NCBI GenBank assembly: GCA_965207065.1
Contig: OZ242260.1
Coordinates: 2,624,001-2,688,000 of the forward strand
DNA from: a bacterium
Lineage (GTDB): Bacteria > UBA8248
Length of the DNA stretch: 64,000 bases
Reading direction: 5' to 3'
Positions 29,116 through 37,793 of the stretch are shown here, in pieces. Both the position numbers and the translations under genes were made by a program. Positions within the stretch are counted from its first letter, which is position 1; every line of letters starts with the position of its first letter. The notes under the pieces are model-generated. The model searched no databases, was not told the DNA's origin, and worked only from the letters and a program-made list of their open reading frames with translations.

Positions 29116-30045
29116 TTGAACCGCGTCGTATCGCTTCTGCCGAGCAGCACGGAGATCATTCACGCCCTGGGGTGCGGCGAGCGCATCGTGGGCCGCTCGC
29201 ACGAGTGCGACTATCCCGCCGGAATCACGGCGCTGCCTCCCTGCACCGCGCCCAAGTTCGACACGAACGGCACGAGCCGCGAGATAGACGAGCGCGTGAA
29301 GGCGGTGCTGCAAGATGCCGTCTCGGTCTACAGCGTCGATACCGCTTTGCTCGACGAACTGGCGCCGGATCTGGTGGTCACGCAGTCACAGTGCGAACTC
29401 TGCGCGGTGAGCCTGGCGGACGTTCAGGCGGCGGTCCAGAAACTGGTGCGCTCCAGGCCTGAGGTTCTCTCACTCGAACCGAATGAACTAAAAGACGTCT
29501 GGCGAGATATCGCCTCGGTTGCTAAGGCGCTGGGAGTCAGCGAGAGCGGCGATGAGCTTCTTTCGGATTTGCATGAGCGGCTCGACGCCATTGCCGGGCG
29601 TGCACGTGAGATAGGCCGCAGGCCGCGAGTGGCCTGCATCGAGTGGTACGATCCGCTCATGGCGGCGGGCAACTGGGTGCCCGAACTCGTGGAGATCGCG
29701 GGCGGTGAGGACGTTCTGGGCGTCCGAGGCGAACACTCCGCCTGGCTCGAATGGGAGGCGCTGGAAGAGGCCAAGCCCGAGGCGGTCGTGCTCATGCCGT
29801 GTGGCTTCGACATCGCGCGTTCGCGCCGCGAGTTGGCAGCGCTCACCGGAAGGCCGGAGTGGATGCGCCTGGAAGCCGTGCAACGGGGAGCAGTGTTCGT
29901 CACGGACGGCAATCAGTTCTTCAACCGACCGGGGCCGAGGCTGGTCGAATCCGCCGAGATACTGGCGGAGATTCTCCATCCCGACGCCATCTCCTTCGGC
30001 CACGAGGGCGCGGGCTGGGAGCGTCTTGAAGCGGATGCGGCCTGA
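29116..30045 (+). CDS. BtuF/cobalamin-binding-fold protein without a signal peptide
   Basis: RVVSLLPSSTEI, GRSHECDYP, QCELCAV, GNWVPEL, MPCGF and FNRPGPRL; TTG start after GGAGGG. Confidence 0.8.
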   Translation: MNRVVSLLPSSTEIIHALGCGERIVGRSHECDYPAGITALPPCTAPKFDTNGTSREIDERVKAVLQDAVSVYSVDTALLDELAPDLVVTQSQCELCAVSLADVQAAVQKLVRSRPEVLSLEPNELKDVWRDIASVAKALGVSESGDELLSDLHERLDAIAGRAREIGRRPRVACIEWYDPLMAAGNWVPELVEIAGGEDVLGVRGEHSAWLEWEALEEAKPEAVVLMPCGFDIARSRRELAALTGRPEWMRLEAVQRGAVFVTDGNQFFNRPGPRLVESAEILAEILHPDAISFGHEGAGWERLEADAA

Positions 30046-30084
30046 TAGGCGCAAAGATGCCGTTTCCCGGACACCCTAACCATC

Positions 30085-30912
30085 ATGAACGAGAATAACT
30101 GGTCGACTCTCCATGAGCGCGCCTGCCGCGATGGGGAGGAGTTCTACGTCGACCCCGGGACGGGCTGGCGCGTTTTCACCGAGGTCGGTCTTCGCAATCG
30201 CGGGAGTTGCTGCGGCAGCGGCTGCCGCCACTGTCCCTATGCGCATGAAGCTGTCCCGGTGGAGGAACGCCCCCGCCTCGCCCGCCAGTCCACCTGGATG
30301 AGCGGCGTCCATCCTCCCACCGAACCCGCCGACGTGCTCTTCTGGAGCGGCGGGAAGGACAGCTTTCTCACCTACCGGGCCTTGCAGCGCGAAGGCCGAA
30401 GGTCAATTGTTCTGCTCACCACCTTCGACGCGGCGAGCCGCAAGATCGCGCACCAGGAACTCGACGTCGAACTGGTGGCGCGACAAGCCGGGCACATGGG
30501 AGTCCCGCTGCTGGGCGTGCCCCTCCATCCGGGAGAGGCGTATGAGGTCCGCATTGGCGAGGCGGCCCGCATGATTCCGCGCATTGCCCGCTTCGTCTTC
30601 GGCGACCTGCACCTCGAGCACATTCGCGATTGGCGCGTGGAGGCATTCCGGGAACTGGCCGATCATCTAGGCGCATCGCTCCACTTCCCGCTTTGGGGCG
30701 CGCCGTATGAGGCGCTGATAAACGATTTAGAGGCAAGCGGCGCCGTCTGCGAAGTATCAGCGGTGACGGAAGAAGCCCTGGGCGTCGTGCGCGTTGGACA
30801 GCGCTTCGACCGCGCGATGATGACGCGCCTGCCGGAGCGCATCGACCGGTTCGGGGAAAACGGGGAGTTTCACACCCTCGTCAAACTCTGGGCGGGGGAT
30901 GAGAGAGCTTAA
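30085..30912 (+). CDS. Cys-rich domain (DUF5522-like) fused to a Dph6/MJ0570-like PP-loop ATPase
   Basis: YVDPGTG..VFT..L..RGSCCGSGCRHCPY, followed by WSGGKDS, GDLHLEHIRDWR, FPLW and GENGEFHT. Confidence 0.8.
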   Translation: MNENNWSTLHERACRDGEEFYVDPGTGWRVFTEVGLRNRGSCCGSGCRHCPYAHEAVPVEERPRLARQSTWMSGVHPPTEPADVLFWSGGKDSFLTYRALQREGRRSIVLLTTFDAASRKIAHQELDVELVARQAGHMGVPLLGVPLHPGEAYEVRIGEAARMIPRIARFVFGDLHLEHIRDWRVEAFRELADHLGASLHFPLWGAPYEALINDLEASGAVCEVSAVTEEALGVVRVGQRFDRAMMTRLPERIDRFGENGEFHTLVKLWAGDERA

Positions 30913-30914
30913 GG

Positions 30915-31253
30915 CTAAGACTCCGGTAGTGCGAGCTGTTCGAGTTGGGAAATAAGTTGGGGGATGTCCTGTTGCACTGTTTCCCAAACGATATCCATAT
31001 CGATATCATCGTAGGCATGGATCATTCGATTACGCATACCCCGAATCTCGTTCCACGGAATTTCAGAGTTTTCATCTCGAAATGCAGATGAGATGCGCCC
31101 CGCCGCCTCACCGATAATTTCTATGCGGCGAACGACGGAATCTTGTAATTTCGTGTCGCGGAGGAATTCGTGTTGCATGACGCCTTCGACATAGGTTCGT
31201 GCCATCCGTGCTGAAGCTAGGATATCCAGCAAATACTGAACGTCACGATCCAT
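30915..31253 (-). CDS. HepT-like HEPN ribonuclease (DUF86)
   Basis: YLLDIL, EIIGEAA and IPWNEIRGMRNRMIHAYD (RX4HXY motif). Confidence 0.9.
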   Translation of the reverse strand: MDRDVQYLLDILASARMARTYVEGVMQHEFLRDTKLQDSVVRRIEIIGEAAGRISSAFRDENSEIPWNEIRGMRNRMIHAYDDIDMDIVWETVQQDIPQLISQLEQLALPES

Positions 31254-31554
31254 AAACGAGTTCCGCAGATTCGAGAATCGCCTTCCGGCGGATATAATTG
31301 GGGCTTCTCTCTATGCCGCGTCGGCTGACAAGATCGACCTCGCGACCGAATATGGATTTAAGTTCATCTTCCATACGAACCATGTCGAAGAGCGTATGGC
31401 GTGCATTCTCATCGAAGCTGACGAGGAGGTCGACGTCGCTCTCGGGCCCGAAGTCTTCGCGCAACGCCGAGCCGAATACGGCGAGTTGCGTGACTTGCCA
31501 GCGTTCGCAAAAGGCGGCGATCTCTTCTCGCGATGCCTCGACGTTCAGGCGCAT
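31243..31554 (-). CDS. MntA-like minimal nucleotidyltransferase antitoxin
   Basis: VFGSALREDFGPESDVDLLV and GREVDLV; start at MRLNV; overlaps the HEPN gene. Confidence 0.9.
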   Translation of the reverse strand: MRLNVEASREEIAAFCERWQVTQLAVFGSALREDFGPESDVDLLVSFDENARHTLFDMVRMEDELKSIFGREVDLVSRRGIERSPNYIRRKAILESAELVYGS

Positions 31555-31640
31555 GATGAAACTCCCTGGAAACGGAGATTTCGGACAATGCGCGTATTTT
31601 CTCACAAACAACGCCCCGCGTCTCGCCCTGAAACGGGACC

Positions 31641-32069
31641 TTACGGCCGCTCCCAGTCGGCGACTCCGCCGGGCGTTACGCGGAAGAGGGGATGGGGCAG
31701 GGGAGCATCCACCGCCAGATATTTCCCGTATCGCTCCGGCGCGCGGGATTCGAGCTTTTTCATCAGATGCCGCCATTCGAAGTCGAGCTGGCCGCTCGTT
31801 ACATCCAACTGAGCGGTAGTGCGGCTGCGGCCTATTTTCTCCGAGTCGAAACGATAACCCCGCTTTATGGATTCCGCGTATACGGCTCTCAGGTATTCGG
31901 CGATAAGGGTGGCAGGCCTGCCGCCTGCGCGGAAACGCTCCAGTTGGGGATGGCGGCGGTAGCCCTTCGTCTCGCCCGTCAGAACGGCCTGGGCGAGCAG
32001 GGCTTCCCTCCACAGGGCGACCAGCCCCCTGGCGTCCAGATATTCGGGATGCAGACTCCACAAGCGCAT
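31641..32069 (-). CDS. pyrimidine dimer DNA glycosylase / endonuclease V-like protein
   Basis: MRLWSLHPEYLD..GLVALWREALLAQAVL, GYRRHPQLERF and RGYRFD. Confidence 0.8.
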   Translation of the reverse strand: MRLWSLHPEYLDARGLVALWREALLAQAVLTGETKGYRRHPQLERFRAGGRPATLIAEYLRAVYAESIKRGYRFDSEKIGRSRTTAQLDVTSGQLDFEWRHLMKKLESRAPERYGKYLAVDAPLPHPLFRVTPGGVADWERP

Positions 32070-32119
32070 CGTTCATCGCTCCTCGGCGGCGGGAGCGGGT
32101 GCTGTTTCCGGCGTGCGGG

Positions 32120-32920
32120 CTATTTTTCCTTTCGCGGCTTTCCGTTGATGAACGCTTCCCGGACGTAGCGGACGACCGACCAGATATCCTTGTCATTCAG
32201 CAGGTGGCCGTAGGATTTCATGAAGTCGTATTTCTTAAGCTCCGTAACGTCGATGCGGCCGAGATTGATGTTCCAGAAGAGAAACCCGTCGTCGAAGCGC
32301 GCCATCTGCTCCTTCAGGTGATAGTTCATCGGCGGCGGCTGGATGTGGCTGATGAACGGCTTTTCGGGGTCCTGATCCTCCACGGGACGGGTCCCGTCCC
32401 CAAGGCCCTTTTTCCCGTGGCACTGGGAGCAGGCGTCGGCGAAGATTTTCCGGCTCTTCGCATCTTTCGGTTGTTCGCTTTTGCCGAAGCCGCGCACCCA
32501 TTTGACGAGCTTCCTTATCTGAGCGTCTTCGAGCGCTTCGCCGAAGGAGGGCATGGCGGTGGGGACGCCGTTAATTACCTTGTGGCCCTTCGTCCGGTTT
32601 TTGAGCACGTTCATCTTGCCGAACTTGACGACGGAGAACATGTAGTCGTCCGTCATGCGCTTCATGTAGGGGCTGATGAACACCTGGGGTCTCGGCCTCA
32701 CCGTCCGCCAGATTGGCCCCTTGCCGTCGCCCTTGACCCCGTGGCAGGAGAAGCAGATTTCCCCGTATATCTTCTTGCCCCGCCAGTAGTCCCCGCCGTT
32801 TTGTTTCGCCGTCTCGGGATTGGGCGGGATTCTCCTGGCCGCAAGGGAGGCGGGGGGTGCGATGAGACTCAAAGAGAGAGCAAGAACGATCCATACCCCC
32901 TTTTCCCTCATAAACTTCAT
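32120..32920 (-). CDS. exported diheme c-type cytochrome
   Basis: signal-like N-terminus; CFSCHG..GDG and CSQCHG..G.GDG; candidate Met ligands AMPSF and FMKSY. Confidence 0.85.
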   Translation of the reverse strand: MKFMREKGVWIVLALSLSLIAPPASLAARRIPPNPETAKQNGGDYWRGKKIYGEICFSCHGVKGDGKGPIWRTVRPRPQVFISPYMKRMTDDYMFSVVKFGKMNVLKNRTKGHKVINGVPTAMPSFGEALEDAQIRKLVKWVRGFGKSEQPKDAKSRKIFADACSQCHGKKGLGDGTRPVEDQDPEKPFISHIQPPPMNYHLKEQMARFDDGFLFWNINLGRIDVTELKKYDFMKSYGHLLNDKDIWSVVRYVREAFINGKPRKEK

Positions 32921-33024
32921 TTCCTGTCCTCTTCCAGCGGTCTCGTCGATACGGGTTAGAGGGGCTTCTGAAACGCGGACGCGCGGGATGCCCACCCGAT
33001 TATGTCGGCCAAGTCTCCGTTATT

Positions 33025-34023
33025 TTATTTCTTCGCGCAAGGATTTCTGGCGCACGGATTCTTGGCGGCGCACGGGTTTTTCGCTGCGCAGGGGTTCTTC
33101 GGCGCGCAGGGGTTGTTCGCACATGGGTTTTTGGCGGCGCATGGGTTGCTGGAAGCAGGCGGAATTTTTCCCGCGCAGGGATTCTTCGCAGCGGGCGGGC
33201 TTTGGGGTGCGCAAGGGTTCTTGGCGACGGGAGCATCCCCACCAGGAATTTTCGACTTGCCCGGATCGCTTACGCCGGGATTACCGCCACCGGCGACGGA
33301 TTGCAGCGTTTTCATGAACCCCTTGCGCTTCGCCTCCCACTCGAGCATGCGCTTGTAGCGCGCGGGCGAGAGCGAAACCACATAAGTTTCCAGGTCCTTG
33401 TAGTCCTGAGATTTGGGGTCCATGGGCGGATTGCCGATGAACGCCGTGGCGCACCAGTCGTTGAACTGCCCGACGCTCACCACATGGTCCGCAGGGCTCA
33501 GGCGCGGGAAGTGCTCCGCCGCTCCGATGAGCGTGGGCACCGGAACGGGATATCTCGCGCCCGTTACGTCCACTACGGTGCCCCGGATGGTGCGTCCCCT
33601 GGGGTGGCAGCCCACGCAGCCGATGCTCCGGAAGATTTTCCTGCCCCGGGCGACGGCGTCCTTCACGCTTACGTCACGCTTCCGGGTGAAGGAATAAGGC
33701 GGATTCGTGATGCCCGCCGCCTTGCTCCCCGCCGGGGCCTTGCCGCCCGGAGAGGGGGTGAATGGTTTGACGATGCGCGGACTCTTCTCCGTCCTGGCGC
33801 AGGCGTTCTTCGCCGCGCATGGGTTTTTGGCCGCGCCCGGATTCTGGGCCGCGCATGGGTTACTCGGTGCGCAGGGATTCTGGGCTGCGCAAGGGTTTCC
33901 GGCGCACGGGTTCTTGGACGTGCAAGGATTCTTGGATTGATTCGCCGCATGGACAGAAATGACGGCCCATATCGAGACGCTCAGGAGCGCGCCGAGGAGG
34001 ACGAACCTCGATTTTCTCAGCAT
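33025..34023 (-). CDS. exported monoheme c-type cytochrome flanked by NPC(AAK) repeats
   Basis: signal peptide, CVGCH, FNDWC..IG.PPMD..S.D...LETYV; about 15 NPC repeats in N- and C-terminal arms. Confidence 0.8.
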   Translation of the reverse strand: MLRKSRFVLLGALLSVSIWAVISVHAANQSKNPCTSKNPCAGNPCAAQNPCAPSNPCAAQNPGAAKNPCAAKNACARTEKSPRIVKPFTPSPGGKAPAGSKAAGITNPPYSFTRKRDVSVKDAVARGRKIFRSIGCVGCHPRGRTIRGTVVDVTGARYPVPVPTLIGAAEHFPRLSPADHVVSVGQFNDWCATAFIGNPPMDPKSQDYKDLETYVVSLSPARYKRMLEWEAKRKGFMKTLQSVAGGGNPGVSDPGKSKIPGGDAPVAKNPCAPQSPPAAKNPCAGKIPPASSNPCAAKNPCANNPCAPKNPCAAKNPCAAKNPCARNPCAKK

Positions 34024-34137
34024 GGTCTTCTCTCCCCTGAGGAATGGATTCGATGCGGCGGAAGGAAGCGGAACAGGGTCATGGATTCTGCCTCGTGAGG
34101 CGGCTGCTTCCTCCCGATTCTATCAGAATCGAGGGCG

Positions 34138-34560
34138 CTAGGGGAGCAGCCGCATCCCCAGAACGGCGACGAACAGGGCGATAAATACGGCCAGAAACCC
34201 GCAGTAGGAGTGAATCTGCCTTAAATCCTCGTTCCCCAGGTTTCGCCTCAGCCTACGGCCCAGATACGCCGTCGTCCAGAAAAGGCCGAGCGCCAGGGTG
34301 GCGAAATAGCTGTGCGCCGTCTCGTAGAGAGGGCCTTCTAGGGCGAAGCGCATGCCGCCAAGACCCAGGGCGTAGCCCACAGAGAAAAGAGCGATAAACC
34401 AACGCCCGAGCCGCATGTGCAGGCGGGCGACCCGCACCGTCTCGGGGCCGGCTCCTAACTTGCGCGAGCGCCTCACGCGCAGGCCGTTCGCCAGCGTGAT
34501 CAGGCCGAGCGAGAGCGTCGCGATCTGAAAAGCCGGATGAATGTAGGCCGCCAAATTCAT
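34138..34560 (-). CDS. 4-TM membrane protein with one His per helix (DUF4079 / cytochrome b561-like)
   Basis: four hydrophobic segments with YIHP, LHMRLG, AHSY and IHSY. Confidence 0.7.
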   Translation of the reverse strand: MNLAAYIHPAFQIATLSLGLITLANGLRVRRSRKLGAGPETVRVARLHMRLGRWFIALFSVGYALGLGGMRFALEGPLYETAHSYFATLALGLFWTTAYLGRRLRRNLGNEDLRQIHSYCGFLAVFIALFVAVLGMRLLP

Positions 34561-34705
34561 GCGTTCGCGCTCCGGGGGGTCAAGAAACCTCGCGTTCATC
34601 TCCACCCCTGTTTACCTTGCCCGATGGGCAGACGCAAAGCTATAGTAGCCGAAACGCGAATCCGGCCATCGGCCGCAGTCCCTTGAATTATCGAGTGAGG
34701 GGACC

Positions 34706-35500
34706 ATGAACATAGAAGACGTACGCGCCATCGCGCGCGGCAGCAGAGTATTCGATCTGGGCGTCGAGCTTTTTCCCGGAATGCCCCACGTGCCGCTGCA
34801 CGGCCCGTTCGGGTTCTCGATGATCAGGGAACACGGCGACCACATGTATTCAGGCGGGGCGTGCTCGGCGGTTGAGGCGATTTTCTGCACCGGCCACACC
34901 GGCACGCACATCGACGCCCTGGGCCACGTCGCAAAGGACATGAAGCTCTACGGCGGCCTGGACGTCGCCGAGCACCAGAGCAAGACGGAAGGCATGAAAG
35001 CCCACGGGGTCGAGACCGTAGCGCCCGTGGTGAGGCGCGGCGTGTTTATCGACGTGGCGGCTTACTTGAAAAAAGACGTTTTAGAGGCGGGCCGGCCCAT
35101 CACGAAAGAAGAACTCGAAGCCGCCGCAGCCGCCCAGGGGGTCAAGGTGGAAGAGGGAGACGTCGTCCTGGTGCGAACGGGCCACATGCAAAACTGGCCG
35201 GGCCGGAATTATTATTTCCAGAAAGGCGGCGTGCCCGGAATCGACCTGGATGCCGCGAAATGGCTCTCGGATCAGGGAATCTTCATGGTCGGGAGTGATA
35301 CCTTCGCGGTCGAGGTGCTGCCCGCCCCCACGATGCCGGTGCACTGCCACATGCTGGTGGACTGCGGCATCCACCTGCTCGAGGTGTCCGTGCTCGAGGA
35401 ATTGAGCCAGGCGCGCGCCCATGAGTTTCTCTTCGTCTGCCTGCCGCTCAAGGTGCGCGGCGGCACGGGCTCGCCCGTCCGTCCCGTGGCCATCCTGTAA
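34706..35500 (+). CDS. cyclase / kynurenine formamidase family metal hydrolase
   Basis: HTGTHIDALGH, GDVVLVRTG, GSD and GGTGSPVRP. Confidence 0.9.
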   Translation: MNIEDVRAIARGSRVFDLGVELFPGMPHVPLHGPFGFSMIREHGDHMYSGGACSAVEAIFCTGHTGTHIDALGHVAKDMKLYGGLDVAEHQSKTEGMKAHGVETVAPVVRRGVFIDVAAYLKKDVLEAGRPITKEELEAAAAAQGVKVEEGDVVLVRTGHMQNWPGRNYYFQKGGVPGIDLDAAKWLSDQGIFMVGSDTFAVEVLPAPTMPVHCHMLVDCGIHLLEVSVLEELSQARAHEFLFVCLPLKVRGGTGSPVRPVAIL

Positions 35501-35531
35501 ACCCACCTTTTCTGAATCCGGTGAGATAGTC

Positions 35532-36779
35532 ATGCCCCGCGTGTTCGAGGACAGGGCCAAAGCGCTTCTGAATAGCGCGGGCGTGCGCGTCCCCAAGGGA
35601 CACTCCGTGACGACGCCCTTAGAGGCGGCGGAGGCGGCGCGCGCCATCGGCGGCCCCGTGATGGTGAAGGCCCTGGTGCCCGCGGGAAAACGCGGCAAGG
35701 CGGGGGCGATCCTCGCTGCGGATACGCCCGATGAGGCGAAGGAAGCGGCGCGGAAACTCCTGGGCCGTGTGGTGCATCATTTCCCCGTGAAGCGCCTGCT
35801 GGTGGAGGAGAGGGTCTCGATCGCGCAGGAGTGGTATCTCTCGGTCGCCTTCGACAGCGCATCGCGCGGGCCGCTCGTCATGTTCAGCACCGAGGGCGGC
35901 GTGGAGATCGAGTCGCTTTTAGAAGAAAACCCGGACGCTCTTAAACGGCTGGAAGTCGATATTCTGGAGGGACTCACCGAGGAGCGGTGCGTCTCCTTCC
36001 TGCGCGCGATGGGCGTGCACGGGGAGGGCCTCTACCGCGCGGCCATGGCGCTCGAGGCCTGCTACGCGCTTTTTCGCCGGAGCGAGGCGCGGGTACTGGA
36101 GGTGAATCCACTCGTCCTGACTGATACGGACGAAGTGATCGCCGCCGCGTGCGTTCTCGATCTGGACGCGGACGCCCTGTTCCGCCACGCAGACCTCAAA
36201 GAACTGCTCGATGATGACTCGGACGGCGGCTGGCGTCCGCCGACGCCCGTGGAGGCGAGGGTCGCGGAGATCGACGCCATGGTCCCTCCGTTCAATACGG
36301 CGCGCTTCACGGAAATCGATGGCGGGGAGATCGCCCTCATGTGGAGCGGGGGCGGGGGCGGCCTGTATTTGCTGGACACGATGGAGCGCCTGGGCGGCAA
36401 GCCCGCGACGGCGTTCGACATCACTCCGGGCCCGCTTGAGGAGAAGTATTTCGAGATCACCAAAGAGATTCTCGCGATGCCGAACGTGAAGGGCGCGCTC
36501 GCGGGCAGCAACATCACGAGTTTCTCGCGCGTTCAGCTCAAGGTCCGCGCCATCGCCCGCGCGGTCGAGGAGACGGGGGTCGACCTCGCGAAATTTCCCT
36601 TCATCGTGCGCTTCGCGGGCGCGGGCGGGGAGGAGGCCAGGGAGATCGCCGCAAGCTGTCCGGGCCTTCAGTATCTTGGGGATGAGGTGACGCTCGAAGA
36701 AGCCGCCGAGCGTATCATCGCCCAGGTCGAGGCTGTGAAGCGCGGGGAGTCGTGGACGAGTATAGGAGGCGCGCCTTGA
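35532..36779 (+). CDS. ADP-forming acyl-CoA synthetase beta subunit (SucC-like ATP-grasp)
   Basis: VKALVPAGKRGKAG, LLVEE, STEGGVEIE, LEVNPL and SGGGGG. Confidence 0.85.
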   Translation: MPRVFEDRAKALLNSAGVRVPKGHSVTTPLEAAEAARAIGGPVMVKALVPAGKRGKAGAILAADTPDEAKEAARKLLGRVVHHFPVKRLLVEERVSIAQEWYLSVAFDSASRGPLVMFSTEGGVEIESLLEENPDALKRLEVDILEGLTEERCVSFLRAMGVHGEGLYRAAMALEACYALFRRSEARVLEVNPLVLTDTDEVIAAACVLDLDADALFRHADLKELLDDDSDGGWRPPTPVEARVAEIDAMVPPFNTARFTEIDGGEIALMWSGGGGGLYLLDTMERLGGKPATAFDITPGPLEEKYFEITKEILAMPNVKGALAGSNITSFSRVQLKVRAIARAVEETGVDLAKFPFIVRFAGAGGEEAREIAASCPGLQYLGDEVTLEEAAERIIAQVEAVKRGESWTSIGGAP

Positions 36780-37693
36780 GCATTCTGGTTGACGAGACAA
36801 CGCGCGTCGTCGTGGCGGGCATCACCGGCTGGCAGGCGCGCGCCCACACCGGCTTCATGCGGGCGTACGGCACCCGCGTGGTGGCGGGCGTAGTGCCCGG
36901 CCGCGCGGGCGAGGATTGCGACGGCGTGCCCGTGTATGACTCGTTCGCCTCCGCTCTGGGTGAACACCCGGCGGACGCGGCCGTCCTGTTCGTGCCGGCC
37001 GCCGCAGCGGCGGAATCGGCCATCGAAGCGGCGGTGGCGGGCGTCGGGATGATTCTCGTGTGCGCCGAGGGCGTCCCGCAGCACGACGTGGCGCGGATGA
37101 TCGCCCATGCACGGCGCGCAGGGGTGCGGCTCGTGGGTCCCAACAGCCAGGGGGTCATCAGTCCCGGACGCGCGAAGATGGGCGGCACGGGCGGCGATCT
37201 GCCCGTCACGAACCTCCTGTTCCGGCGCGGGCCGGTGGGCGTGCTGAGCAGAAGCGGGGGCATGGGCAGCGAGACCTGCTGGCTCCTGAGCCGCGAGGGA
37301 ATCGGCCAGAGCACCTACGTGAGCGTGGGGGGAGACGCCATGGTGGGCGCGCCCTTCTCTGAACTCTTGCCCATGTTCCAAGCCGATCCGGATACGGAGT
37401 GCGTCGTCCTGTTCGGCGAGCCGGGCTCGTGCGCCGAAGAGGACGCGGCGCGCCTGATGGGCGAGGGGGGATTCACCAAGCCTGTGGTCGCCTTCATCGC
37501 GGGGATGGTGAACGAGTCCGCTCCCCAAGGTGTGAGCTTCGGCCACGCGGCGGCCATCATCGAGCGCGGCGAAGGCTCTCCCGCACGGAAAAAGGCGCTG
37601 TTGAGAGAGGCGGGGGCCGCTGTGGTGGAGGATATGCGCGAGATTCCAGACGCCGTGCGCGATGCCTTGGGCGCTGGATTTTTCGCTCCTTAG
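36776..37693 (+). CDS. ADP-forming acyl-CoA synthetase alpha subunit (SucD-like)
   Basis: SILVDETTRVVVAGITG, AEGVP, GPNSQG, SRSGG, VGGD, FGEPG and SFGHAAA phospho-His; TTG start overlaps the beta stop. Confidence 0.88.
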   Translation: MSILVDETTRVVVAGITGWQARAHTGFMRAYGTRVVAGVVPGRAGEDCDGVPVYDSFASALGEHPADAAVLFVPAAAAAESAIEAAVAGVGMILVCAEGVPQHDVARMIAHARRAGVRLVGPNSQGVISPGRAKMGGTGGDLPVTNLLFRRGPVGVLSRSGGMGSETCWLLSREGIGQSTYVSVGGDAMVGAPFSELLPMFQADPDTECVVLFGEPGSCAEEDAARLMGEGGFTKPVVAFIAGMVNESAPQGVSFGHAAAIIERGEGSPARKKALLREAGAAVVEDMREIPDAVRDALGAGFFAP

Positions 37694-37793
37694 CTGATAA
37701 TTCTATCCGGTATTCCCTGAAAAATCCGAAACTGGTGGTTTCGTATTTCATCGTCCCAAGAAAATATTGTGTAAAGACAAGGAGAAATTGCAA

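Noticed and set aside
31243-32196. 317-aa ORF suggesting a long nucleotidyltransferase fusion
   Set aside because: Only the last ~103 codons look like MNT; the extension overlaps the glycosylase gene in another frame.
33025-33940. Possible CRISPR-like or non-coding repeat in the NPC region, and the opposite-strand AAHGFL ORFs
   Set aside because: The repeats are in-frame codons of the cytochrome gene with synonymous variation; the plus-strand ORFs are their mirror.
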